A program made the position numbers and the translations under genes. A DNA stretch of 64,000 nucleotides from Candidatus Latescibacterota bacterium (GTDB lineage Bacteria; Krumholzibacteriota; Krumholzibacteriia; WVZY01): the NCBI GenBank assembly GCA_963791045.1, contig CAWBQK010000013.1, positions 160,001 through 224,000 of the forward strand. Direction: 5' to 3'. Shown in pieces: positions 29,373 through 39,600 of this stretch (position 1 is its first letter; each line of letters begins with the position of its first letter). A model generated the notes under the pieces. The model saw only the letters and a list, made by a program, of their open reading frames with translations. It was not told the DNA's origin and searched no databases.

Positions 29373-32300
29373 ATGAGGAAATCATTAGTGGTCGCGCTGT
29401 GCATCCTCATCGCCATGTCCAGTTTGGCCATGGCGAAGAAGATGCCGAACAAGCGGGCGGACATGAAGTTCAGGGAGTCAATCCCAATGCCGGCGAATCC
29501 GCCTGAAATTGGCGGTTCCTTGTTCCAGGCAGCCGCGGCAAATACCACGGTTCTCGGATGGTGGCAGTTTGATACGCCCACCGGCCAACCAGACGTACAG
29601 GGTTGGACGGTCGTCGACAAAACTTCCCAGGAAACCGAGTACTTTCACGTCGACGGCGGCATTGGGGGTGGTCCCAACTGTAGCGGGATCACACCAATCA
29701 ACGGATTGAAGTCGATGTGGTGCGGCCAGTACCCGACACTGGCAGCTCCCTGGTGCGGTTGGGGCACGCTGCCCGGCTACGGCAACAACTGGGATCAAAG
29801 TCTCGTTTCCGAGGTCATAAATTGTGACACGCTCACGTGGTCGTGGGTGGCCGTGTGGGATTCGGAGCCCGGCTTTGACTTCACGTACGCCGAATACTAC
29901 GACAACACCACGATGTCGTGGGTAGAATTGAACGTCAATGCCGGAGCGGGTTATTACGACGGATCCGGCGGACCGCTCGGCGAAACCTTCCAGGTACTCA
30001 CGACCGGCGGGTCCACGCAGCTTCGATTCCATCACGTTTCCGACGGCGGCTGGTCCGATGAAGACAGCGGCTGGCCGACAAACGAAGGCGCGTTCAAGGT
30101 CGATGACATTGGCGTAATGGCGACAGGTTTTTCGAACGGCCCCCAGACGTTCGAAACCGAGGCATGTTTGTCCAAAACCTCGGGCGACGGTTTCTGGTCG
30201 GCGCAAGCGGCACCCGACTTCGGAGCTTTTGGCGACCTGTACTCGGCGGCGGCGATTGTACAGGAAGACCCCTGTCTGCGCCCCTTGTCGAACATGTGGG
30301 GATTCTTCGACGATCCCCTGGTAACCAACTACGCGTGCGGCGGGTGGCCGCTTCAGGGCGCCATGCCCTACGGTCCCGATGATAGCGGGTTTTACATGTG
30401 GAACGAGATCTGGTCACCATGGGTGCCGAACACCGGCTCCGGCAGTGACTACCAGATTCAGTTCCTCACCTATCGGGATCTCCCTCTGGACAACCTTCAG
30501 TTCTACATCTGGGAAGTCCGAGGTAAAGGCGCCGACGGTTGTCCGACGCCCTGGGCTACCGATTTCTGGGTCTTCTACGGCGACCAGAAGGACTGGTTCC
30601 CGGAGCTGTTCCAGATCGGCGCGTTCATCCCGCCCGGATCGGTCGAACTCCAGATCGCGATCGGCGCGGTCGACCAGTGCGGCGCGTGGTGTGGCGTGTA
30701 CGGCTCTGGCGCCTGTCACAGTCACGCCCCGATACTCGACCAGATGTACTTCTACAAGGTCGACTTCGTGGGGCCGCAATGGGACGTTCGTGATATCGAC
30801 ACGTTCCAGGACAACTTCCCCGAGAATGGAGAGATTGTCGGGTATGCACGCTGCGACATGCCGCAGGATATATTGCCCGGCACCAACGGGTCGATCCTGC
30901 CAGGCGACTCGTTGCTCGTCCAGGTTGTCGATCCAAACGGAATCGGCACCGACCCGACCGTGGGTGGTCCATCGGTCTACCTGTTCGTAAATGTCACCGA
31001 CAGGCACGGAACTCCGATTGCCGGAAAAAGCGGTCTTGCGATCCAGTCACCGGACAACGTCAGGTACGTCGGCGACCCCAACGCGGGGACGCTGCGATAT
31101 CCGTTTGTCGGGCCCGCATCGGCACCGGCCGGCCTGCCCGCTGGATGGTCGCAGTACAGGATGGATGACGCGTACACCTCGGCAGGTGGCGCGCAGCCGG
31201 ACGCGTACTGCTGCGATCTCATGGATATCGCCAACGGTACTCACGTGAACGAGAACGCGGTGGCCAACGTCGGTGTCTTCGAGCCCGGAGATGTCATCAA
31301 CTACTTCCTCGGGGCGAAGAACTCGTTGGGCCAGTGGAGCTACTTCCACAGAACGTTCGGCGGTCAGGGCAGACAACACACAACGGCCGATATCAATGAG
31401 GCCGTGCAAGGCGCGATGGAGTGGTCTGTTCTCCCCGATGTTGGACGTGAGCCCGGTGACATTGGCGACATCCTCTTTGTGGATGACGCCGACGACCGCG
31501 GCGGGCCCGCTCAGCTTTACTTTGACTGGGCGTTCCAGTACATGGGAATTGAAGATCGCGTCGACCGTTACGATGTGATCGGACCATCCTCGGGCGTGGG
31601 CAACGGCCTCGCCTCGCGTGTTAAGAATGTGTTTACGCAGATCATCGGCGATCCGGTTGAGATCTATCAGAAGATTCTCTGGAACTCGAGCAATCTTTCG
31701 ACAGCTCTGATCGGGGACGGCGGCTCCGCCAACGGAGGAAGCGGATCCGAGAAAACGGATTCCTATAGTCTGCTCTTCACATTCTTGAATCACCACCCGG
31801 ACAACCCGGGCGTCTACACCGCCGGCGACGACATCGCCCAGGAGTGGGTTACGCTGACCGGCGCCGGCGCGGTAAACGTGAAGTCGACGTTCTTGACACA
31901 CTCATTGATAAGCGGCAACCACACGACGACGGGCGAACCGGTGTCACCTCTGACAACCCAGTCTGCGGGTTCGCCGATCGGCCCGGCATCGATGTACGCA
32001 TACGGTGGATGTCCGCTGATCAATGATTTCGATGTGCTCATGCCCACAGGCTCCGCCTTCTATGCGATGGAGTACGAGATTCCCGGGCACGGCGGTGTGA
32101 TCGCACAAGCAACGCCGAATGCCGCCGGAACGACCGCGCGGTATGTCATGTCCGGTTTCGCGTACAACTACATTCGCGATGACGGCATCGGTACCACGGC
32201 ACCCGACCGGGTCACGCACCTTCGCGATATCCTCGTCTGGTTCCAGAACATCATCGACGAGCCAATCGGCATCGATCCGGTGGCGTTCGAGAACCGGCTG

Positions 32301-32573
32301 GACAACGCGTACCCGAACCCGTTCAACCCGACCACGACGATCAAGTACTCGATCGCCGAACGGGCACACGTCACGTTGAATATCTACAACGCGGCGGGGC
32401 AGCTGGTACGCACGCTGGTGGATGAGGCACAGGCACCTAATCCCCAGGGATTCTCGATGGTCTGGAACGGTCTGAGCGACCAGGGGCAGCCGGTTTCAAG
32501 CGGTGTTTATTTCTACAAACTCACCGTATCAAATGGCTTCAGTATGACCAAGAAGATGGTCCTTCTGAAGTAA
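29373..32573 (+). CDS. Large secreted Cys/Trp-rich protein with sorting domain, paralog 2
   Basis: GGAGG then MRKSLVVALC..AMA signal peptide; same motifs as paralog 1. Confidence 0.88.
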   Translation: MRKSLVVALCILIAMSSLAMAKKMPNKRADMKFRESIPMPANPPEIGGSLFQAAAANTTVLGWWQFDTPTGQPDVQGWTVVDKTSQETEYFHVDGGIGGGPNCSGITPINGLKSMWCGQYPTLAAPWCGWGTLPGYGNNWDQSLVSEVINCDTLTWSWVAVWDSEPGFDFTYAEYYDNTTMSWVELNVNAGAGYYDGSGGPLGETFQVLTTGGSTQLRFHHVSDGGWSDEDSGWPTNEGAFKVDDIGVMATGFSNGPQTFETEACLSKTSGDGFWSAQAAPDFGAFGDLYSAAAIVQEDPCLRPLSNMWGFFDDPLVTNYACGGWPLQGAMPYGPDDSGFYMWNEIWSPWVPNTGSGSDYQIQFLTYRDLPLDNLQFYIWEVRGKGADGCPTPWATDFWVFYGDQKDWFPELFQIGAFIPPGSVELQIAIGAVDQCGAWCGVYGSGACHSHAPILDQMYFYKVDFVGPQWDVRDIDTFQDNFPENGEIVGYARCDMPQDILPGTNGSILPGDSLLVQVVDPNGIGTDPTVGGPSVYLFVNVTDRHGTPIAGKSGLAIQSPDNVRYVGDPNAGTLRYPFVGPASAPAGLPAGWSQYRMDDAYTSAGGAQPDAYCCDLMDIANGTHVNENAVANVGVFEPGDVINYFLGAKNSLGQWSYFHRTFGGQGRQHTTADINEAVQGAMEWSVLPDVGREPGDIGDILFVDDADDRGGPAQLYFDWAFQYMGIEDRVDRYDVIGPSSGVGNGLASRVKNVFTQIIGDPVEIYQKILWNSSNLSTALIGDGGSANGGSGSEKTDSYSLLFTFLNHHPDNPGVYTAGDDIAQEWVTLTGAGAVNVKSTFLTHSLISGNHTTTGEPVSPLTTQSAGSPIGPASMYAYGGCPLINDFDVLMPTGSAFYAMEYEIPGHGGVIAQATPNAAGTTARYVMSGFAYNYIRDDGIGTTAPDRVTHLRDILVWFQNIIDEPIGIDPVAFENRLDNAYPNPFNPTTTIKYSIAERAHVTLNIYNAAGQLVRTLVDEAQAPNPQGFSMVWNGLSDQGQPVSSGVYFYKLTVSNGFSMTKKMVLLK

Positions 32574-32600
32574 TGAATACGCGGAAACCATAGGCCCTTA

Positions 32601-32653
32601 CGGGTGCCGCTTTCTAATGGAGTTGAGCCACAAGAAAGCGGCACCCGTTTTTT
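32601..32653 (+). terminator. Intrinsic terminator after paralog 2
   Basis: CGGGTGCCGCTTTCT...AGAAAGCGGCACCCG-T6. Confidence 0.85.
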
Positions 32654-32741
32654 GTGTTTGCCGTCCCGACGGAGCAGCCCGACTCGTCAACTCACCAGTT
32701 TACAATACACATATAGGCGTCTGATTTTCGCTTCCGCGCTA

Positions 32742-32770
32742 TTGACGCTCAACGACCTCTCACCTATACT
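32742..32770 (+). promoter_or_regulatory. sigma70 promoter of leader/paralog 3
   Basis: TTGACG-17-TATACT. Confidence 0.8.
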
Positions 32771-32772
32771 GT

Positions 32773-33206
32773 GAGTGGTGAGTAGCCCAGTAAGGGCATG
32801 GGGCTACAGCCAAACGATTCACCATCCGTCTCGCCAGCGTCATTCGGGAAAGGAGGTGAAAACGAATCAAAGCACGCTGGCAACTTGCTCCTGATTTCTC
32901 ACCGGAAAGCTCTAGCCGACCAAACATATCCGCCAAAAGGTCAGTCTGAATGGACGATGACGCAGATGTAGTACATCGTGTCGTCGGAGTATGGCTAGTT
33001 CTACCCTCGGGGGTTATCATCGTGTGCTTCGTTCCCTCGGCACGCGTTGAGGGTGTTTCGCACCGGGGTGTCTGCAGAATTTGTAAGACGAGTCTCGGCA
33101 GGCGTCGTTCTATATTCATACGTTCAACGACTGACCTTATTCCCTCCTTCTCGGCAAGCCGCTTGTGGCTTGCCGATTCTCACTTCTGCAACGATGGAGG
33201 AACGAT
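32773..33206 (+). ncRNA. Putative large structured 5' leader RNA, copy 2
   Basis: Homolog of 28940-29372 with covarying stems. Confidence 0.75.
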
Positions 33207-36200
33207 ATGAGGAAAACACTTGTGGTTACGCTGTGCATTTTGGTCGCCATGTCCACCCTGACCATGGCGAAGAAAATGCCAAACAAACTCGACAACGCGA
33301 AGTTCCGGGAGGCGATTCTCTCTCCGGCGAATCCGCCTGAAATCGGCGGCTCGATGTTCCACGCCGCGGCCGCAGGTACCACGGTGCTTGGGTGGTGGCA
33401 ATTCGATTCATCTACCGGCCAACCGGACTCAGCGGGGTGGACGGTGGTGGACAAGTATGCCCAGGTGACCGAGTATTTTCACGTCGATGGCAACGCCGGG
33501 GGTGACCCAGCTTGTAACGGGATCACGCCCGTGAACGGTGCAAAGTCGATGTGGTGCGGCCAGTGGCAAACAACCGCCACCCCCTGGTGCAGTTGGGCCA
33601 CTCTTCCCGGCTACGGCAATAGCTGGGAACAACGCCTCGTTTCCGAGGTCATAGACTGCGACACGCTCACATGGGCGTGGACGGCCGTGTGGGACTCCGA
33701 ATCGGGTTATGACTACACGTACGCGGAGTACTACGACAATTTGACAATGTCGTGGTTGGCGCTTCCGATAAACGCCGGAGCAGAGGCTTATGACGGCGTG
33801 GGCGGACCGCTCTCCGAAGCCCATCAGGTCATCACGTCCGGCGGGTCGACACAGCTGCGGTTCCATTTCGTTTCCGACGAAGCCTATTCGGATCAAGACG
33901 GCGGATGGCCGTCCGTTGAAGGCGCGTTCAAGGTTGACGACATTGGCATCGTGGCGACAAACGGTTTCTCGAACGGACCCCAGACGTTCGAAACCGAAAC
34001 CTGTCAGTCCAAATCTTCCGGTGATGGATTCTGGACGGCCCAGTCCGCACCGGGTTATGGTCTCTACGGCGCGCTCCACTCCGCCACGGGGCTCGTCCAG
34101 GAAGACCCCTGCCTGCATCCGTTGTCGAACATGTGGGGGTTCTTCGACGACCCCCTGACAACCAACTATGCGTGCGGCGGGTGGCCGCTTCAGGGCGCCA
34201 TGCCCTACGGTCCCGACGCAAACGACCTTTATATGTGGAACGAGATCTGGTCGCCGTGGGTGCAGAACCAAGGCTCAGGCAGTGACTATCAGATCCAGTT
34301 CCTCTCCTACCGCGACCTCCCCCTGGACAATCTTCAGTTCTACCTCTGGGAAGTCCGCGGCAAGGACGTCAGTGGATGTCCATCGGAATGGGATACCGAC
34401 TGGTGGGTCTGGATGGGCGGCCAGAAGGACTGGATTCGAGGCGTATTCCAGATCGGCGCATTCGTTCCACCGGGATCGGTCGAACTCCAGGTCGCAATCG
34501 GCGCGATCGACATGTGCTATTTGTGGTGCGGCGTCTATGGCACCGGCGCATGCCACAGTCACGCTCCGATTCTCGATCAGATGTACTTTTACCGGGTTGA
34601 TTTCACGGGACCGCAGTGGGACGTTCGCGACATCGAACTCTTCCAGGACAACTTCCCCGAAAATGGCGAAGTTGTCGGATTTGCACGCTGTGACATGCCG
34701 CGGGATATGTTGCCCGGGGACAACGGGACGATCCTTCCCGGCGACTCGCTACTCATCCAGGTGATCGATCCGGATGGAATCGGCACGGATCCGACCGTGG
34801 GTGGCCCTTCGGTCTATCTTTTCGCGAAGGTGACCGACAGGCACGGGACTCCGATTGCCGGAAAGAGCGGTGTTGCGATCCAGTCTCCGGATAACATCCG
34901 GTTTACCGGCGATCCCAATGCGGGGACGCTACGGTATCCGTTTGTCGGACCTGCATCGGCGCCGGCCGGCCTTCCCGCCGGATGGTCGCAGTACCGGATG
35001 GACGACGCATATTCACGGATTGGCGGTCTGCAGCCGGACCAGTACTGCTGCGATCTCATGGACATCGCCAACGGCAACTATGTGAACGAGAACGCGCCGG
35101 CCAACGTCGGGATCTTTACACCGGGGGATGTCATCAACTACTTCCTCGGCGCCAAGAACTCGCTGGGCCAGTGGAGTTACTTCCACAGAACGTATGGCGG
35201 TCAAGGCGCGGCAAACACAACGGCCGATATCAATGAGGCCGTGCAAGGCGCGATGGAGTGGTCGGTACTTCCCGACGCGGGCCGCGAGCCCGGCGATCTC
35301 GGCGACATTCTGTTCGTGGATGATGCCGACGACCGCGGCGGACCGGCCCAGCTCTACTTCGACTGGGCGTTCCGGTACATGGGAATTGAAGATCGCGTCG
35401 ATCGTTTTGATGTCATTGGTCCATCCTCGTCGGTCGGCAACGGCCTGGCGTCGAGGGTAAAAAACGTGTTCGCGCAGATCATCGGCGATCCGGTCGAGAT
35501 CTATCAAAAGATTCTCTGGAACTCGAGCGATCTCAGATCGGGTTTGATCGGAGATGGTGGTACAGCAAACGGCGGGAGCGGGCCCGAGAAAACAGACTCT
35601 TACGACTTGCTCTTCACGTTTCTGAACCACCACCCGGACAACCCGGGCGTCTACGTGGCCGGCGATAATATCGCTGAGGAATGGGCCGGTCTTATCGGCG
35701 CAGGCGCGGTCAATCTCAAGTCGACATTCATGACGCACGCATTGACAAATGGTAGTCATACGGCGGCCGGTGAGCCGGTGTCGCCTCTGACGACCCAGTC
35801 GATCGGCTCCCCGATCGGCCCGGCGTCGATGTATGCGTACGGTGGATGTCCGGTGATCAATGATTTCGATGTGCTCATGCCGACAGGCTCTGCCTTCTAT
35901 GCGATGGAGTACGAGATTCCCGGGCACGGCGGTGTAATCGCGCAGGCGACGCCAAATGCCGCCGAGACGACCGCACGCTATGTCATGTCCGGATTCGCGT
36001 ACAACTACATTCGCGACGACGGGCTCGGCGCTACGATGCCCGACCGTGTCGCGCATTTGAGAGACATCCTCATCTGGTTCCAGAACATCATCGACGATCC
36101 GATCGGCATCGATCCGGTGGCGTTCGAGAACCGGCTGGACAATGCGTACCCGAACCCGTTCAACCCGACGACGACGATCAAGTACTCGATCGCCGAACGG

Positions 36201-36410
36201 GCGCACGTCACGTTGAAGGTTTACAACGCGGCGGGGCAGCTGGTACATACGCTTGTGGATGAAGCACAGGCTCCCAGCGCCGAAGGATTCTCCAAGGGTT
36301 GGAACGGTCTGAACGACAAAGGGCAATCGGTTTCAAGCGGTGTGTATTTCTACAAACTCACCGTATCAAATGGCTTCAGTATGACCAAAAAAATGGTCCT
36401 TCTGAAGTAA
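33207..36410 (+). CDS. Large secreted Cys/Trp-rich protein with sorting domain, paralog 3
   Basis: Closely collinear with paralog 2 at protein and DNA level, extending into the 3' UTR (TAATGAATACGCGGAAACCA). Confidence 0.88.
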   Translation: MRKTLVVTLCILVAMSTLTMAKKMPNKLDNAKFREAILSPANPPEIGGSMFHAAAAGTTVLGWWQFDSSTGQPDSAGWTVVDKYAQVTEYFHVDGNAGGDPACNGITPVNGAKSMWCGQWQTTATPWCSWATLPGYGNSWEQRLVSEVIDCDTLTWAWTAVWDSESGYDYTYAEYYDNLTMSWLALPINAGAEAYDGVGGPLSEAHQVITSGGSTQLRFHFVSDEAYSDQDGGWPSVEGAFKVDDIGIVATNGFSNGPQTFETETCQSKSSGDGFWTAQSAPGYGLYGALHSATGLVQEDPCLHPLSNMWGFFDDPLTTNYACGGWPLQGAMPYGPDANDLYMWNEIWSPWVQNQGSGSDYQIQFLSYRDLPLDNLQFYLWEVRGKDVSGCPSEWDTDWWVWMGGQKDWIRGVFQIGAFVPPGSVELQVAIGAIDMCYLWCGVYGTGACHSHAPILDQMYFYRVDFTGPQWDVRDIELFQDNFPENGEVVGFARCDMPRDMLPGDNGTILPGDSLLIQVIDPDGIGTDPTVGGPSVYLFAKVTDRHGTPIAGKSGVAIQSPDNIRFTGDPNAGTLRYPFVGPASAPAGLPAGWSQYRMDDAYSRIGGLQPDQYCCDLMDIANGNYVNENAPANVGIFTPGDVINYFLGAKNSLGQWSYFHRTYGGQGAANTTADINEAVQGAMEWSVLPDAGREPGDLGDILFVDDADDRGGPAQLYFDWAFRYMGIEDRVDRFDVIGPSSSVGNGLASRVKNVFAQIIGDPVEIYQKILWNSSDLRSGLIGDGGTANGGSGPEKTDSYDLLFTFLNHHPDNPGVYVAGDNIAEEWAGLIGAGAVNLKSTFMTHALTNGSHTAAGEPVSPLTTQSIGSPIGPASMYAYGGCPVINDFDVLMPTGSAFYAMEYEIPGHGGVIAQATPNAAETTARYVMSGFAYNYIRDDGLGATMPDRVAHLRDILIWFQNIIDDPIGIDPVAFENRLDNAYPNPFNPTTTIKYSIAERAHVTLKVYNAAGQLVHTLVDEAQAPSAEGFSKGWNGLNDKGQSVSSGVYFYKLTVSNGFSMTKKMVLLK

Positions 36411-36440
36411 TGAATACGCGGAAACCACAGACCCCTTAAT

Positions 36441-36492
36441 GGGTGCCGCTTTCTCATGAAGTCGAGGCAGGAGAGAGCGGCACCTGTTTTTT
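36441..36492 (+). terminator. Intrinsic terminator after paralog 3
   Basis: GGTGCCGCTTTCTC...GAGAGAGCGGCACC followed by a T-run; homologous to 32601-32653. Confidence 0.8.
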
Positions 36493-36539
36493 TAGTTGTT
36501 TGTGGTGGTTTGCACTCTTTTCGGTGTCCCCGGTTTCGA

Positions 36540-36569
36540 TTGACAAACACCTTAAAAATATGTTATAAT
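36540..36569 (+). promoter_or_regulatory. Consensus sigma70 promoter of paralog 4
   Basis: TTGACA-18-TATAAT with an extended TG. Confidence 0.75.
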
Positions 36570-36621
36570 AACAAGTTACAAAGATTGACAATTCAAGGTC
36601 GCGCAGCGACAGAGGACAATA

Positions 36622-39600
36622 ATGAGATCTCTCCTGAACTCTCTCTCGTGTGTTCTCGTCGCGGTTTGTCTCACTGCAACTCCAGCTCTCGCCAAAAAGA
36701 CACCCGACGAAAACAAACCGGCAATAATAGAACTCCAAAACAGACCCACCCTTCTGTTCGCGCCCGGCGCGCACACGCGCCCGGAATGACGGCAGCTGCC
36801 GTGGATACGACCGTACTCGGGTGGTGGCAATTCGACGATCCTTACTCCGGCGGTTGCGATCCGCAAGGATGGACCAGCACCGATCTCACCGCACAACTTG
36901 CGACCTATTTTCATATCGATGGTAATGCCGCCGAGACCGGATGCAACGGAATCACTCCCGTGAGCGGCGAGAAATCGATGTGGTGCGGCCAGTGGCCCTC
37001 GTCCGCCGATCCGTGGTGTGGATGGACAACCCTCCCTGGTTACGGCAACAACTGGAATCAGCACCTGGTGTCCGACACTTTGACCTGCGATACGCTCACC
37101 TGGACGTGGACCGCCGCGTGGGATACCGAGCCAGGATATGATTATGGTTACGCTGAGTACTGGGACGCATCACTATCACGATGGTCGCGCGTCCCTATCC
37201 TGACTGGTTACGGCAAGTACGAGGGCAGCGGCGGGCCGGCTGTGGATTCGCACGAGATCGTACCGCCCAACGGGTGGACGATCTTGCGGTATCGGTTCAC
37301 ATCGGACAGCGCATGGGATGACGAAGACGGGCTGTGGCCGTCGACGGAGGGCGCTATCAAAGTGGACGATATTACCGTCGCGTGTTCGGGAGGAATCACC
37401 TACCACCACGATTTCGAAGACGACGAATGTGGCAACACTGAAACAGCAGATGATTTCTGGCGTGCAAGAAAACAGGAACCCTTTGGCAACTACGCCCAGC
37501 TCGTTCACGGTACGAGGGTTGTCCAAGAGGACCCGTGCCGTGCGGTGCTTTCATGTTTGTGGGGGTTCTTTGACGATCCCGCTGTGACCAGCTATGCATG
37601 CGGTGGGTGGCCGGCACAGGGGGCTGTTCCCTACCTCAGATGGATCGACGGAGAATGCACGGGAATTAATAACCAGATCTGGTCGCCGTGGGTTCCGGTC
37701 ACAGGGTCGGGATCAGAGTATCGATTGAGTTTTCTTACCTACCGGGATCTTGTCCTTGACGATATGGTTTTCTACACATGGTGGGTGAGAACAAAAGACG
37801 CCAGTGGATGCCCGAGCTCCTGGAAGAATCCCAACTTCGTTTACTACGGGGGACAAAAGGAGTGGTATCGGACGGACTTTTCTATTGGTAGTTTCATTCC
37901 CCCGGACGCCGAGGAGATTCAGATCGCGTTGGGCGCCATTGATAACTACTGCATGTGGGGCATGGATGGGTCGTGCCACAGTCACGCTCCGCTCTTCGGC
38001 CAGGTGAAACTTGTTCGTGTCACCTCAGACGGACCCCAGTGGGTCGTCCGTCATATCGATCTCTGGCAGGACAACTTCCCCGAGGAAGGCGGCGTCGATC
38101 CGGTATCGAGCTTCGCCCGATGCGACATGGCACAGGACATCCTGCCAAGTTACAATGGGAACATCCTTCCCGGCGACTCACTCGTCGTAACTGTGAGCGA
38201 TCCGAACGGACTCGCCGATGACAACTCCGGCGGCCGCCCGGGGAAAGCGGTCTACGTGTTCGTCCGCGTCACCGACGCTACGGAAATGCAAAAGCCGGCA
38301 AAAACGGTACTGGCGATCCAGTCTCCCGATAACCAGGCGTACAGTGGCGATCCCAACGCGGGGCTTCTCCGGTGGCCGCATGTCGGCGCGGCATCGCGCC
38401 GGCAGCGCTGCTGGGATGCAATTCAGGATGGACCAGTGTTTACACCTCAAGCGGCGGCCTGATCGCCGACAAATATCTGCTGCGATCTAATGGATCTTGG
38501 GGTCGGGACCGACGGGCCCCCACTACAACCACGCGAATGAAAATACGGCGGCGCAACACCGGTGTCTTTACACCCGGTGATGTCATCAACTATTTCTTTG
38601 GAGCGCGGAACGCAGAGGGGCAATGGAGCTATTGGCACCGCAAATATCACGGTCAGGGACTGGACAATCGGACATCGAGCATCGACGTGGCTGCAACCGA
38701 TCCATGCGAGTGGTCGGTGCTTCCCGACGCAGGGCTCGAGCCGGGTGACGACGGGGACATCCTCTACGTCGACGATGCCGATGACCGCATGATTATTGAC
38801 GACTGGAAGCTCCGTGGCGACCCAGTCCAGGCACACCTCGACTGGGCGTTCGGGTACATCACTTGGGGCGCGCGTGGATCGTTTCGACATTCTCGGGCCC
38901 TCGTCGATTGTGGGCAACAGCCTCGCCTCGCGTGTGAAGAACGTCTCCAACCAGATGGTCGGCACATCGACCGAGATCTATCAGCAAATCATCTGGAACT
39001 CGAGCAATCTGAGCCGCGGCCTTGTTGGTGACGGAGGACCGGCATATGGGGGGTGCGGGTGACGAGAAATCGGATGACTTTGCGCTCTTTGAAACGTTTC
39101 TCGATACACACCCAAACAACCCCGGCATCTATTTGGCCGGCGACGATGTCGCCGAGGAATGGGCGTCGCTCTTAGGCGCCGCTGCGGTCAGTGTCCGCAG
39201 CACGTACATGGATTTCATTTTCGCCCGCGGAAACCACGTTACTTTTGGTGAACCGATCTCCCCGCTCGTCCGGGCGGGTGTGCCCGGATCTTACGGCGTT
39301 TTTGACGGCGGGCTTCACACGTTCGACTTCTTCGCATATGGCGGATGCCCCGCGATCAACGATTTCGACGTCATGTTCGCCGGTGCGAATTCGAGGGTTG
39401 AGATCACGTACCCCAACGGCTTCCCTACGAGCGGAGCCGTGCTTGCTCAGGCGACACCCAATTCCGCTGGTACAACGGCCCGGTTTGTTCTCGGTGGGTT
39501 TGGTTATGATTTCATCCGTGACGACATCGTCGGCGGGCAACTCGAACGATGCCGGTTCCTTGCCCACGTTCTCACGTGGTTCGGCAACTTATTGCCCATG

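Noticed and set aside
29137-29376. ORFs in the leaders (29137-29376 and 32950-33210 share HRVV..LPS.VIIVC.VPSARVEG...DSHFCNDGGT)
   Set aside because: Starts differ, there is no SD, and substitutions track base pairing rather than codon position, so the similarity is explained by nucleotide homology. A leader peptide is not fully excluded without Ribo-seq.
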